From an uncultured Gammaproteobacteria bacterium (GTDB lineage: Bacteria; Pseudomonadota; Gammaproteobacteria; Chromatiales; Chromatiaceae): a DNA stretch of 64,000 nucleotides. Positions 30,139 through 37,475 of this stretch are shown one piece after another. The notes below the pieces were generated by a model. It did no database searches, was not told where the DNA came from, and worked only from the letters and a program-made list of their open reading frames with translations. The first letter of the stretch is position 1. Every line of letters starts with the position of its first letter. A program made the translations under genes and the position numbers. Where the stretch lies: assembly GCA_964628835.1 (NCBI GenBank), contig CAZVME010000006.1, positions 3,580 through 67,579 on the forward strand. Direction: 5' to 3'.

Positions 30139-30846
30139 TTATTTTGCTAATACACGAAGTGAATAGCCGCCCAATACCCGTACTGTTAAATCTTTATTTG
30201 CCAAAAAGGCAAGCTTCCTGGGTAATTTTAATAGTTTAGCCTTCCATCTTAGGTTTGGTAATTCCAGAGAGGTTCCTGTGTAAAAATAATCAAGAACCTC
30301 ATATCCAGTATCTTTTAGAGTTTCCAGTGCTGTTTCCTTTGTAAAATAGTGGATATGTCCGGCTATTTTCTTGCTCTGATAATTGGAGAAGAACGAAGAA
30401 TAGTTTGAATTGATAAATCAAGTGGGATATGGAATACCTTGTATTCTGCCTTTTTTTTCAACTTTGTTAGAAAGCCAAAATAGTCTTCAGCGTGCTCAAA
30501 AAACATCAATTGCCATTACAATATCAAAATGTTCATCAGAGTCCTCAAGTAGATTGGAAAGTTTAAAGGATAGATTGTCCTTGGTCTTCGTGCTGCATAG
30601 TTTAAATGCTTGAGGTGAGATTTCGTATCCGACAAATTCCACATCGTCAGTATAGTGCTCTGACAGCTGCTTGAGTATTTCTCCAGCCCCACATCCAATC
30701 TCACAAATTCTATTTGGAATCAGAGAGTTATTTTCGATTATGTTTTTTATTTGCCTGGCCTTCCACGGCGAGTCAGCTTCATGCCATGAAGGATTATTTA
30801 CAAGATATGTTCCGTCTTCGTAGATTTGTTTCATCTGGTATTCCAT
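30139..30846 (-). pseudogene. Class I SAM-dependent methyltransferase disrupted by two compensating frameshifts
   Basis: The annotated ORF ends at AIDVF* in a T6 run. The homologous reading continues in the +1 frame (EHAEDYFGFLTKLKKKAEYKVFHIPLDLS...). It then returns to the original frame (KIAGHIHYFTKETALETLKDTGYEVLDYFYTG...VLAK*). SAM motif EIGCGAGE is present. Confidence 0.6.
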
Positions 30847-30980
30847 ATTATTTTACGCATAACGATTGTAGCAGGCGCGTTATGGAATCTAGCTGTAGGT
30901 GAAATAAAATAAACATCGATCTGGCTGTTTTTGTTAAGGCCTTTGTTTGAGGTTAGCGAAGGTCACGCTTAAATGACCTG

Positions 30981-31376
30981 TTAGGCATCTGGCTTTAAAG
31001 CGTCTAATTTATTGCTACGATATAACCACCAAAACCCAGCAAACAAAGCGAACCATACTCCGGTTCGTAAAGACATAGCGCGAAGGCTTTCAACAGCAAT
31101 AGAGTTACCCTCTGTGTATAGAAAGAAGATTGCTGTCAGCATGGTGAGGTTGAGAACAAATATAGTAGCTGCGACATACATGCCTTGTTTGATGTTGCGC
31201 CATGCGATGATACCTGCTGCGACATAAACAATACCCATTGCTGCGTTATAGATTAGTAGCGGTCGGAAAACGATATACCCCGGATTTGACCCTAGAAGGA
31301 CACGAGTGCCTGCAAAAATGGTTAAAAGACCAAATAATACAGCTACAGTTACCAATATGTTTTGGGTGATTCTCAT
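30981..31376 (-). CDS. Small four-TM membrane protein, unknown function (cassette ORF)
   Basis: Four hydrophobic spans. The stop TAA lies inside GCCTAAC. Confidence 0.5.
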   Translation of the reverse strand: MRITQNILVTVAVLFGLLTIFAGTRVLLGSNPGYIVFRPLLIYNAAMGIVYVAAGIIAWRNIKQGMYVAATIFVLNLTMLTAIFFLYTEGNSIAVESLRAMSLRTGVWFALFAGFWWLYRSNKLDALKPDA

Positions 31377-31414
31377 TTATCAAGGTATCTAGTGAGTGAT
31401 CTATTTATTGAGGT

Positions 31415-31481
31415 GCTTAACGACTAAGCTTACAGGGATAGGCGCGTTAGCGCTAAAGTCCTGGATGAGCGTAATGTTATG
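31415..31481 (-). repeat. attC-like recombination site (67 bp)
   Basis: Minus strand reads GCATAAC-ATTAC-GCTCATCCAGGA...TCCCTGTAAGC-TTAGTC-GTTAAGC. This gives 5-nt and 6-nt spacers and one extra base in the left inner arm, as in canonical attC. Confidence 0.55.
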
Positions 31482-31491
31482 CATTACTTTA

Positions 31492-32175
31492 TTATGGTGT
31501 ATCACCATATATCTCCAGCATATCAGGTCGTTCAGTAAAATAATAATGAACCCAAATATAAACATGGTTGAATAGTGCCGCTAAAATTGCCGCTTTCGAT
31601 AGAAGTAATAATCCAGGCAAATAAAGGATCATTAGGCCAAATACGTACATCCCGTTATCAGTATATTTAAATATCCCTTTTTTTACATAGGGCTCATTGT
31701 AGTGTTTATCGAAATGATCAATTCCATATGCTCTTTTAATAGTGAAGTAATTTTTTACCGAGTAAAAAAGGAATATTACTAGAGGTGTTATTAGTACTGC
31801 TAAAGCATAACTGAGCATCGGATTTATATTTAGAGTGCCTTTACTACTATACGCCAGAATGATTATTGTAATCAGCCGGCTTATAAATAGTAATGAAAAC
31901 CCTGTGGCATATATTTTAAACGACAGATTTAGGCCATAGCGTTTTGTGAATGTTCTTTGGTAAAGCTCAAGCCGCCAGACACCCCAAACATAAACTTGAT
32001 GAATAATGGGAATTGCAATTGCCAACCAGAACCATGTTTTTGTAGTTAAACCCCATAAATTTCCGCTTAATATCTCAGTGTCATTGTTTAGATATAAGTT
32101 GATGGCAAAGATTATGATTATTAATGAGATGAAGTGCCATATTTGGTATTTAAATATTTTTCTAGTTTCGCTCAT
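31492..32175 (-). CDS. Polytopic membrane protein with an ICMT/PEMT-like methyltransferase C-terminus (cassette ORF)
   Basis: The C-terminal KGIFKYTDNGMYVFGLMILY... resembles the G.Y...RHP.Y.G block of isoprenylcysteine/phospholipid methyltransferases, with RHP replaced. Confidence 0.4.
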   Translation of the reverse strand: MSETRKIFKYQIWHFISLIIIIFAINLYLNNDTEILSGNLWGLTTKTWFWLAIAIPIIHQVYVWGVWRLELYQRTFTKRYGLNLSFKIYATGFSLLFISRLITIIILAYSSKGTLNINPMLSYALAVLITPLVIFLFYSVKNYFTIKRAYGIDHFDKHYNEPYVKKGIFKYTDNGMYVFGLMILYLPGLLLLSKAAILAALFNHVYIWVHYYFTERPDMLEIYGDTP

Positions 32176-32205
32176 GTTTCAAATATATTGCCTATTTGAA
32201 ATAGT

Positions 32206-32243
32206 CGGAATTATGTAGCAGTTGCAACTGCTACATAATTCCG
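32206..32243. repeat. 38-bp perfect palindrome flanked by 8-bp direct repeats
   Basis: cggaattatgtagcagttg/caactgctacataattccg was verified base by base. GAAATAGT occurs at 32198-32205 and at 32244-32251. Confidence 0.85.
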
Positions 32244-32342
32244 GAAATAGTGATTAGTAGTGTAAGTTAAAACAGCCATAGCAGTTAAGGGTTATTTGTC
32301 CCGCTTGAACGCTTGTTATGCACTGTCCCCACTTTTTAATAA

Positions 32343-33068
32343 TTATTCTTTCGTTATCTTTGCATCTTCTAGCAGAACAGGATAAAAATAGCCGTAGCTA
32401 TAATCCTTATCCAGTGTAAGTTTGCCTTCAACGACAACTATGTCATCAATAGCCACTGTGCTATCCGTGGTGACGGTCAGATCATCCGCAGTACTACTGT
32501 CTTTTATATGTAGCCAGTTTTTTCCCATTACTTTGGCGGTGTATCGAGTGACCTTGCCTCGTAGACGTATTGTTTTTCCGCTGAGCTTTTGTTTTTGAGC
32601 ATGGATCTCAGCGATAGTATGGCCCTGTTTTACTTTATGAATGCCTGTAACAGGTTTGGCTGCTTGTTTCTGTTTGATCTGGCTGTGCGCTGAAGCCATT
32701 CCTCCAGCATTGCTCGCCGAAGATTTTTTACCAGTGATATAACCGCCTACAAAATAGATAATGGGAAAATCACGCTTCATGGATTTACTATGGAAATTTT
32801 CCATGGGTGTCTCTGTTGAAAAGCCGATCATATCGCCGATTTTAAGAGGGGTGTTTGGCCCGGCGGCCCACACTTTCTTTTTGCCCGTATCAATCTCGGC
32901 ATAAGTGTAACCGGAGTTCTTTAAAATCTCCGTTACCTTGCCGTGAATTGTGTTTGGGGTGGTGTTCTGTTCCGCATAGGCAGAATTGATTGTGCCTGCA
33001 CTGAAAAGAACGAAAGAAAAACAGCTAAACAGTATTAATAAAAAATTAGTACGATGTCTCATAATCAT
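32343..33068 (-). CDS. Exported protein of unknown function (cassette ORF)
   Basis: Signal peptide, then two similar beta-rich modules (GKVTEILKNSGYTYAEID... and GKVTRYTAKVMGKNWLHIKD...). Confidence 0.5.
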   Translation of the reverse strand: MIMRHRTNFLLILFSCFSFVLFSAGTINSAYAEQNTTPNTIHGKVTEILKNSGYTYAEIDTGKKKVWAAGPNTPLKIGDMIGFSTETPMENFHSKSMKRDFPIIYFVGGYITGKKSSASNAGGMASAHSQIKQKQAAKPVTGIHKVKQGHTIAEIHAQKQKLSGKTIRLRGKVTRYTAKVMGKNWLHIKDSSTADDLTVTTDSTVAIDDIVVVEGKLTLDKDYSYGYFYPVLLEDAKITKE

Positions 33069-33861
33069 ATTGCTCTCAGTTTAATTATTTGCTCATAACG
33101 TCTCGTATAACCGGCTAGCACCTGAAAACCCGCTTGACACTAGAAAGGCAACGACTAATAGCAGAGCAAAAAAAAACGCCGTTGTTAGCAATTCCGCGTT
33201 CATGCGTTTGTTAGGCAACTTACGGTACCACAGTTTTTCAGAAGAAATGTTGCTTGACCGATCATGCGCTACCTGGCATTCATTGTGAATGACATTTCTC
33301 ACTATGAACTCTTCGCGCGCGCGCACTTAAGATGGAACTACAGATACTTCGGCAACAATACCACTGAATTCTTCGCCTTGCGGTATCACATAGAATCCCA
33401 AAAACCAGTAACACAAGCCGCGAACAGGCTCAGAAATTATTTCCGGGCCACTACCAAAGTCGATCGCTGCGTCAGGGGACATGATTTGATAATCGTGAAT
33501 CCAGCCTCACCGATCTGCTTTATCAGTGAACCCAGCACACGGAATTTTACTATTTGGATCGAACAGCAGAAGGTTCAGAACGAACAACGCTCCGAATAAC
33601 TGGGGGATTACCAGAGTTGGAGAATTTGTCATCCCGGCGATGGTCCAGGCCCACGGCCCCACAGGTGTTCAGCAGGGCCTCCAGATGGTCGGGTACTGTG
33701 CCGCGGTGGCCGGAACCTCCTCGATCTATTTCTCCGAATCCCCCAAAATGGCGAACAATCCAAACTGGACGGCGGTGGGCACCACCTGTACCTGCAACGG
33801 TGCCATTAATATATCGGAAATGCTCAAAGTCATGACTATGTAGCTACTCCTTTTCATGTTT

Positions 33862-33954
33862 GTATAACGTTTTGCCTAGGGGCGCGGAGCCGTGCAGCGG
33901 TGGGGCATTCCAGTGAGTGAATGCGAACGATTTGAGCTACTTATTATGTTAGTA
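33862..33954 (-). repeat. attC-like site, partly degenerate
   Basis: Minus strand reads TACTAAC...AAGTAGCTC...CTAGGCAAAAC-GTTATAC. It shares the AAGTAGCTC, TCGCATT and CTAGGCA blocks with the site at 35428-35498. Confidence 0.4.
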
Positions 33955-34195
33955 CTATTAATTTTGTTAAATATGGCAAAGTACACAAAACTGCGCCTAT
34001 TTGTAAGGCTCTGCCCAGCTTGGATAGCTCTGGGTAATGTTCTTTTATTTCTTTATTAAATGGCCAGAATTGTATTGATGGCGGACGTTTATTTGTTTGT
34101 GCTTCATATGTGTGAAGAACAAATATACTTAGAAACAGCAAAATCGTTCCAAGTACGAAAGCTATATTTACACTTAAATTAATTAGAAATTCCAT
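33944..34195 (-). CDS. Small two-TM membrane protein (cassette ORF)
   Basis: 83 aa with two hydrophobic spans. Its stop lies next to TACTAAC. Confidence 0.4.
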   Translation of the reverse strand: MEFLINLSVNIAFVLGTILLFLSIFVLHTYEAQTNKRPPSIQFWPFNKEIKEHYPELSKLGRALQIGAVLCTLPYLTKLIVLT

Positions 34196-34213
34196 TTATC
34201 TATTTGTATAAAG

Positions 34214-34420
34214 CTATGTTAAAGGGTGTTGACGCGACAGCATCCAAGTGAGCGTAGCGAACGGCTTGAACAACTTGTTGGGTGCAGGTTTCGATGCCAA
34301 TATCACGCTATTGAACAACTGCTGATGATTGGTATTTATTTGAATGAAGCTCGCACGGAGGAACGCTAGAGCATATTCACGAAATGCTTTTAATTCTATT
34401 AAATCGGCTTTAACTTCCAT
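34214..34420 (-). CDS. Small hypothetical protein whose 3' end reads through an attC-like sequence
   Basis: The start is taken at MEVKADL, with AAGGA 7 nt upstream. The C-terminal APNKLFKP is encoded by ACCCAACAAGTTGTTCAAGCCG. Confidence 0.3.
   Translation of the reverse strand: MEVKADLIELKAFREYALAFLRASFIQINTNHQQLFNSVILASKPAPNKLFKPFATLTWMLSRQHPLT
34215..34283 (-). repeat. Partial attC-like site; the left half is canonical and the right half is not
   Basis: Minus strand reads ACCCAAC-AAGTT-GTTCAAGCC-GTTCGCTACGC.... No GTTRRRY partner was found. Confidence 0.35.
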
Positions 34421-34530
34421 GATGTTCCTTGCCTTATTATTTTTATTTGCAACGCGAACCACGAAAGAACGTTGCACTTTCGTTCAGGTATTTTAGACAG
34501 CTCTGCTGAACAACGACCTGGCTACGCTTG

Positions 34531-35421
34531 TTAAGTGTTGATACCCCATAGTTCAAGCCTTGACTCTATATATTTACGCAACAATGAATATTTGAAAGCT
34601 ACCTTCGAATTCTTATTTTCCTGGAACTGTTTCGAAGATTCAAGAACGAATGCATATGCTCGGCGAACTAACTCTTGACCATCATCAAAAGCCTCCATTT
34701 CGCGTCGCATTGCCGGCCCGATAAAATCAATAAACGGGTAGCCATCATCGTCAATAGCTAAAAATTCCATACTGTGCTTCGCCAGTTCCTTTGAGACTTG
34801 TGAGACTTCATCTGTTTCAGTACATTCTGCCAAGTACTGTAGGTACGACTGTAGCTCCCCACCTACTACCACTCGTGGGTAATTTGCTACGTGTGACTCG
34901 AGCGCATATGCACGAGCTAGCGCCGCACCATAAATGTCATTGTGCTTGACCTCAATACCGATTCCAATATCGATACCACCACGAATGGGATGGCCAGAAG
35001 CGAGGGAGGTTAACGACGTAGCTGCCGTGGCTCCAATAATCGCGTAAATACCACTAATAGGTAGCTTGGCACCTCGATCCGCTCGTAAGGACAAAAAAGC
35101 AACCACGAAGTCCGAGAATTGATGAAATCGTATCGGGTTAGATACTAACTCTTTAAAAATCTGTTTCTTCTCGTTCGGCAGGCCTTTTGGCGGTGTGCGC
35201 TTCTTTTCAAAATTGCCAAAGAATTTGTTGAAAGAAGAACGCATCGACTTCACGGCACCGTAAGTATTCTTTAGTGCCTGAACGAACTTCTCATGTTCTT
35301 CGGTGTTTTTAGAATCAGGTAGACTTTTGAGAGCTCGCAGCTGCTCCTGTTGCCCCATTAAATCGATGAAGGCTACTGCGTAGTAACTCGAATCAATGCG
35401 TTTATGTTTCTTCCGTGCCAT
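34531..35421 (-). CDS. Hypothetical protein with a nucleotidyl-cyclase-like (class III cyclase / palm) motif set
   Basis: AVAFIDLMG, FSDFVVAFL, IRGGIDIGIG and DIYGAALARAYALES occur in the order expected for cyclase homology domains. The stop TAA lies inside ACTTAAC. Confidence 0.5.
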   Translation of the reverse strand: MARKKHKRIDSSYYAVAFIDLMGQQEQLRALKSLPDSKNTEEHEKFVQALKNTYGAVKSMRSSFNKFFGNFEKKRTPPKGLPNEKKQIFKELVSNPIRFHQFSDFVVAFLSLRADRGAKLPISGIYAIIGATAATSLTSLASGHPIRGGIDIGIGIEVKHNDIYGAALARAYALESHVANYPRVVVGGELQSYLQYLAECTETDEVSQVSKELAKHSMEFLAIDDDGYPFIDFIGPAMRREMEAFDDGQELVRRAYAFVLESSKQFQENKNSKVAFKYSLLRKYIESRLELWGINT

Positions 35422-35427
35422 TTGTAC

Positions 35428-35498
35428 ACTTAATGCCTAGCTCACCGGAAAAATGCGAGCGCAGCGAGTATTTTGTCCGGCGGAGCTACTTGTTAGGG
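35428..35498 (-). repeat. attC-like recombination site (71 bp); the best example in the array
   Basis: Minus strand reads CCCTAAC-AAGTA-GCTCCGCCGG...CCGGTGAGC-TAGGCA-TTAAGT. It has 5-nt/6-nt spacers and an extra base in the left inner arm. Confidence 0.6.
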
Positions 35499-36019
35499 CC
35501 ATCATCGCTATTCCATGAAGCCTTTGTGAACTTCCCAGTACCTTTGGTTAGATTTTTTCTTTCAATCATTTTAGATTTAAATTGAAATTCTTCGCTTATT
35601 CTGACGATCAGTAACTTATTAAAATTGCCAGCTCGCTTAACTTGAACGGTATCACTAGACTTCATGGGGCTAATGGTCTTGATTTCGAAAAAATCATTGC
35701 CCATTCGCCCGTCTGAACCAGGGGTGTTGGGCTTGTGTCTCTTTATTCCATATTTAATTTCGCCATAAAGTTCACCTAGTTCGCCGTATATTGGCAGATG
35801 GCGTCCTGTCGTTTCTAAGTAGTTTTTTGCTGCCTCGATCATCTTAGCCAATAACTCCCAGAGTTGGAGTGTCGATGGCGGTAGTGATTCTCCGAGAATT
35901 TCATCATCAGGTTCCCAACTATCGTCGTCATCAATGTAATTCTCAATGAGATCCCAACTAGTCCATTCGCCATCTTCGTAAATTCCGTTTACCCAGTTGA
36001 TCCGTTCTTCTTCAAACAT
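35486..36019 (-). CDS. Hypothetical protein with a PD-(D/E)xK-like motif and a very acidic N-terminus
   Basis: GELGE...GSDGRMGNDFFEIKT (D...ExK). The C-terminal GPNK* is encoded by CCCTAACAAGTAG. The start is taken at MFEEER, because the upstream extension of the ORF is covered by a hairpin. Confidence 0.45.
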   Translation of the reverse strand: MFEEERINWVNGIYEDGEWTSWDLIENYIDDDDSWEPDDEILGESLPPSTLQLWELLAKMIEAAKNYLETTGRHLPIYGELGELYGEIKYGIKRHKPNTPGSDGRMGNDFFEIKTISPMKSSDTVQVKRAGNFNKLLIVRISEEFQFKSKMIERKNLTKGTGKFTKASWNSDDGPNK

Positions 36020-36544
36020 CGTTGAATCCAATTTTTGCCATAACAGTGATATAGACAGACTCTCTGCATATCGAAATAGGCAGAGTCTATATAACACGAT
36101 TCGTAATTGTCTGGTTTCGTGTGATTTATTGGTGTGGTTTGGCAATGCCTTGCCTGGTTTGAGCGGGGGATAAAGCAGTGGGGTATTTTTGGTGCTGGTT
36201 GGTCGTTGAGTAACATAACCGTTTTTACATCCTTGATATTTTTATTTTATCCCAGCCTCATGCAACTACGCATTGCAATTTATATTCAGAGCTTACCTTA
36301 GTATTTGAGAGGTAGTCAAATATCCGGTTTTGTGATGAAAATCTGAATATATCTAATTACAAAAAGGGGAATAGGTCCGGTTCAATGTGCCATTAATATG
36401 GCGGGGTAGATAAACATGCGTGGGTTGAACGGATGCTGATAATGCTCTGTCTTGCGCGAGGAGCCAATCTTGGTTAGAGCGCAGCTGTTTCTATGATTAA
36501 GAGTTGGTTTTCGCGGGCGCGATTTTATGGTTTTAATATGAGGG

Positions 36545-37105
36545 TTATTTAACCGGTGTAATTCTTACCAAAGCACCCATGATCGGGTGGTCAATGTAGT
36601 GGAGTACTCCACTACGCATGCGGCGGTGGGCCTGCATGCGGAAGTAGCCGGGGGCAGGGCCGTTGCTGGTTTCCAGCAGTAGATCCAGGTCCAGGTGCAG
36701 GTAACGTTTGACGCTTACCTTTGCTGTGCCGGTAACATTGCCGGTTTTGGTTTTGCCTGATACGTGGATGGGGGTGGCGTTGCTCCTGCTCACTGCCGGT
36801 TGTCTCCATAGCATGTGGGTCAGCCTGACCGGTTTGCCACTGGCGCGGCGCATGCGCTTGGCTACATTGACCAGGGTGCGCTTTGAGTTGGGGAGTCTGG
36901 AGTAGAGTCCCTTTTTGCTGGCGAGGTGGGTTGCGTTATGCAGGTCTGGTTTTCCTGGGTCTTCGGGCCAGGACTCATTCATGGCAGCGGCCCGTGAGGT
37001 GCGTTCGAATATGACCAGTTCCACGTCGTACTTGGATGCGGCCAGCAGGTTTCCGGCGATCAGTAGGCCTGCGCTTAGCAGAAGCAGTTTTAGAATTGTT
37101 CTCAT
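36545..37105 (-). CDS. CsiV-family-like periplasmic protein
   Basis: Signal peptide, YDVELVIFER near the N-terminus and LHYIDHPIMGALVRITP at the C-terminus. Confidence 0.5.
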   Translation of the reverse strand: MRTILKLLLLSAGLLIAGNLLAASKYDVELVIFERTSRAAAMNESWPEDPGKPDLHNATHLASKKGLYSRLPNSKRTLVNVAKRMRRASGKPVRLTHMLWRQPAVSRSNATPIHVSGKTKTGNVTGTAKVSVKRYLHLDLDLLLETSNGPAPGYFRMQAHRRMRSGVLHYIDHPIMGALVRITPVK

Positions 37106-37258
37106 ATGAGGTTCGCCCTGGTGCTTAACATCCATGGTTCTATTGTTTCCCACTCCAGAGAAAAAATCGAGTGGTTATTGATTGAATCCCGGTAAACCAC
37201 CGCCTCGGGCGGTGAAATACTAAAAGGCGTTGCCGTTCCTGCGCACAGTGCAGGGGGA

Positions 37259-37453
37259 CGGACAAGTGGCATTTTTTGCAGAAGAATGAGTTTTTTCACC
37301 TGTGGGAGTGGCGACCCGTCACGATGGGCTTGGCAATCAGCCTGCCATATTCCATCGGCGCGGGACGCGCCTCCCACAGGCTAATTGGTGGGGGGATCTG
37401 TTAGTCCCTGCCAGGGGCCTTCTTCATACTACCGATTGTGAGTAGTAGATGAT
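37259..37453. repeat. Copy B of the ~195-bp dispersed repeat; copy A is at 10661-10860
   Basis: It contains a perfect 10-bp inverted repeat, cctgtgggag (37299-37308) and ctcccacagg (37371-37380). Confidence 0.7.
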
Positions 37454-37475
37454 TTTGATTATGCTGGAACCCTGC

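Larger units (their letters stand above)
30055..36540 (-). mobile_element. Integron-type gene-cassette array without an integrase in the window (CALIN-like); AT-rich island
   Basis: All ORFs are on the minus strand. Intergenic imperfect palindromes are bounded on the coding strand by RYYYAAC ... GTTRRRY. Stop codons lie inside or next to the RYYYAAC boxes. Composition is visibly more AT-rich than both flanks. See findings. Confidence 0.55.

Noticed and set aside
30847-30980. Possible attC site between the methyltransferase and the 131-aa gene (GCATAAC ... GTTAGGC on the plus strand)
   Set aside because: The end motifs are present, but I could not pair the inner arms. It may be two degenerate sites. 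I did not list it as a feature.
33093-33843. ORFs 33093-33326 (minus), 33264-33599 (plus) and 33526-33843 (plus)
   Set aside because: They overlap one another, and the plus-strand ones oppose the uniform minus-strand polarity of the array. None has recognisable motifs. I treated them as artefacts over decayed cassette DNA.
36020-36145. N-terminal 42-codon extension of the PD-(D/E)xK-like ORF
   Set aside because: The extension is encoded by a region containing an inverted repeat (atagactctgc...gcagagagtct) and has an odd composition. The internal MFEEER start is preferred, although its Shine-Dalgarno is weak.
36146-36544. Search for an integron integrase or attI next to the cassette array
   Set aside because: This is only ~400 bp of AT-rich non-coding DNA with no ORF. 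A GTTAGAG core-like motif near 36470 is too weak on its own to call attI.
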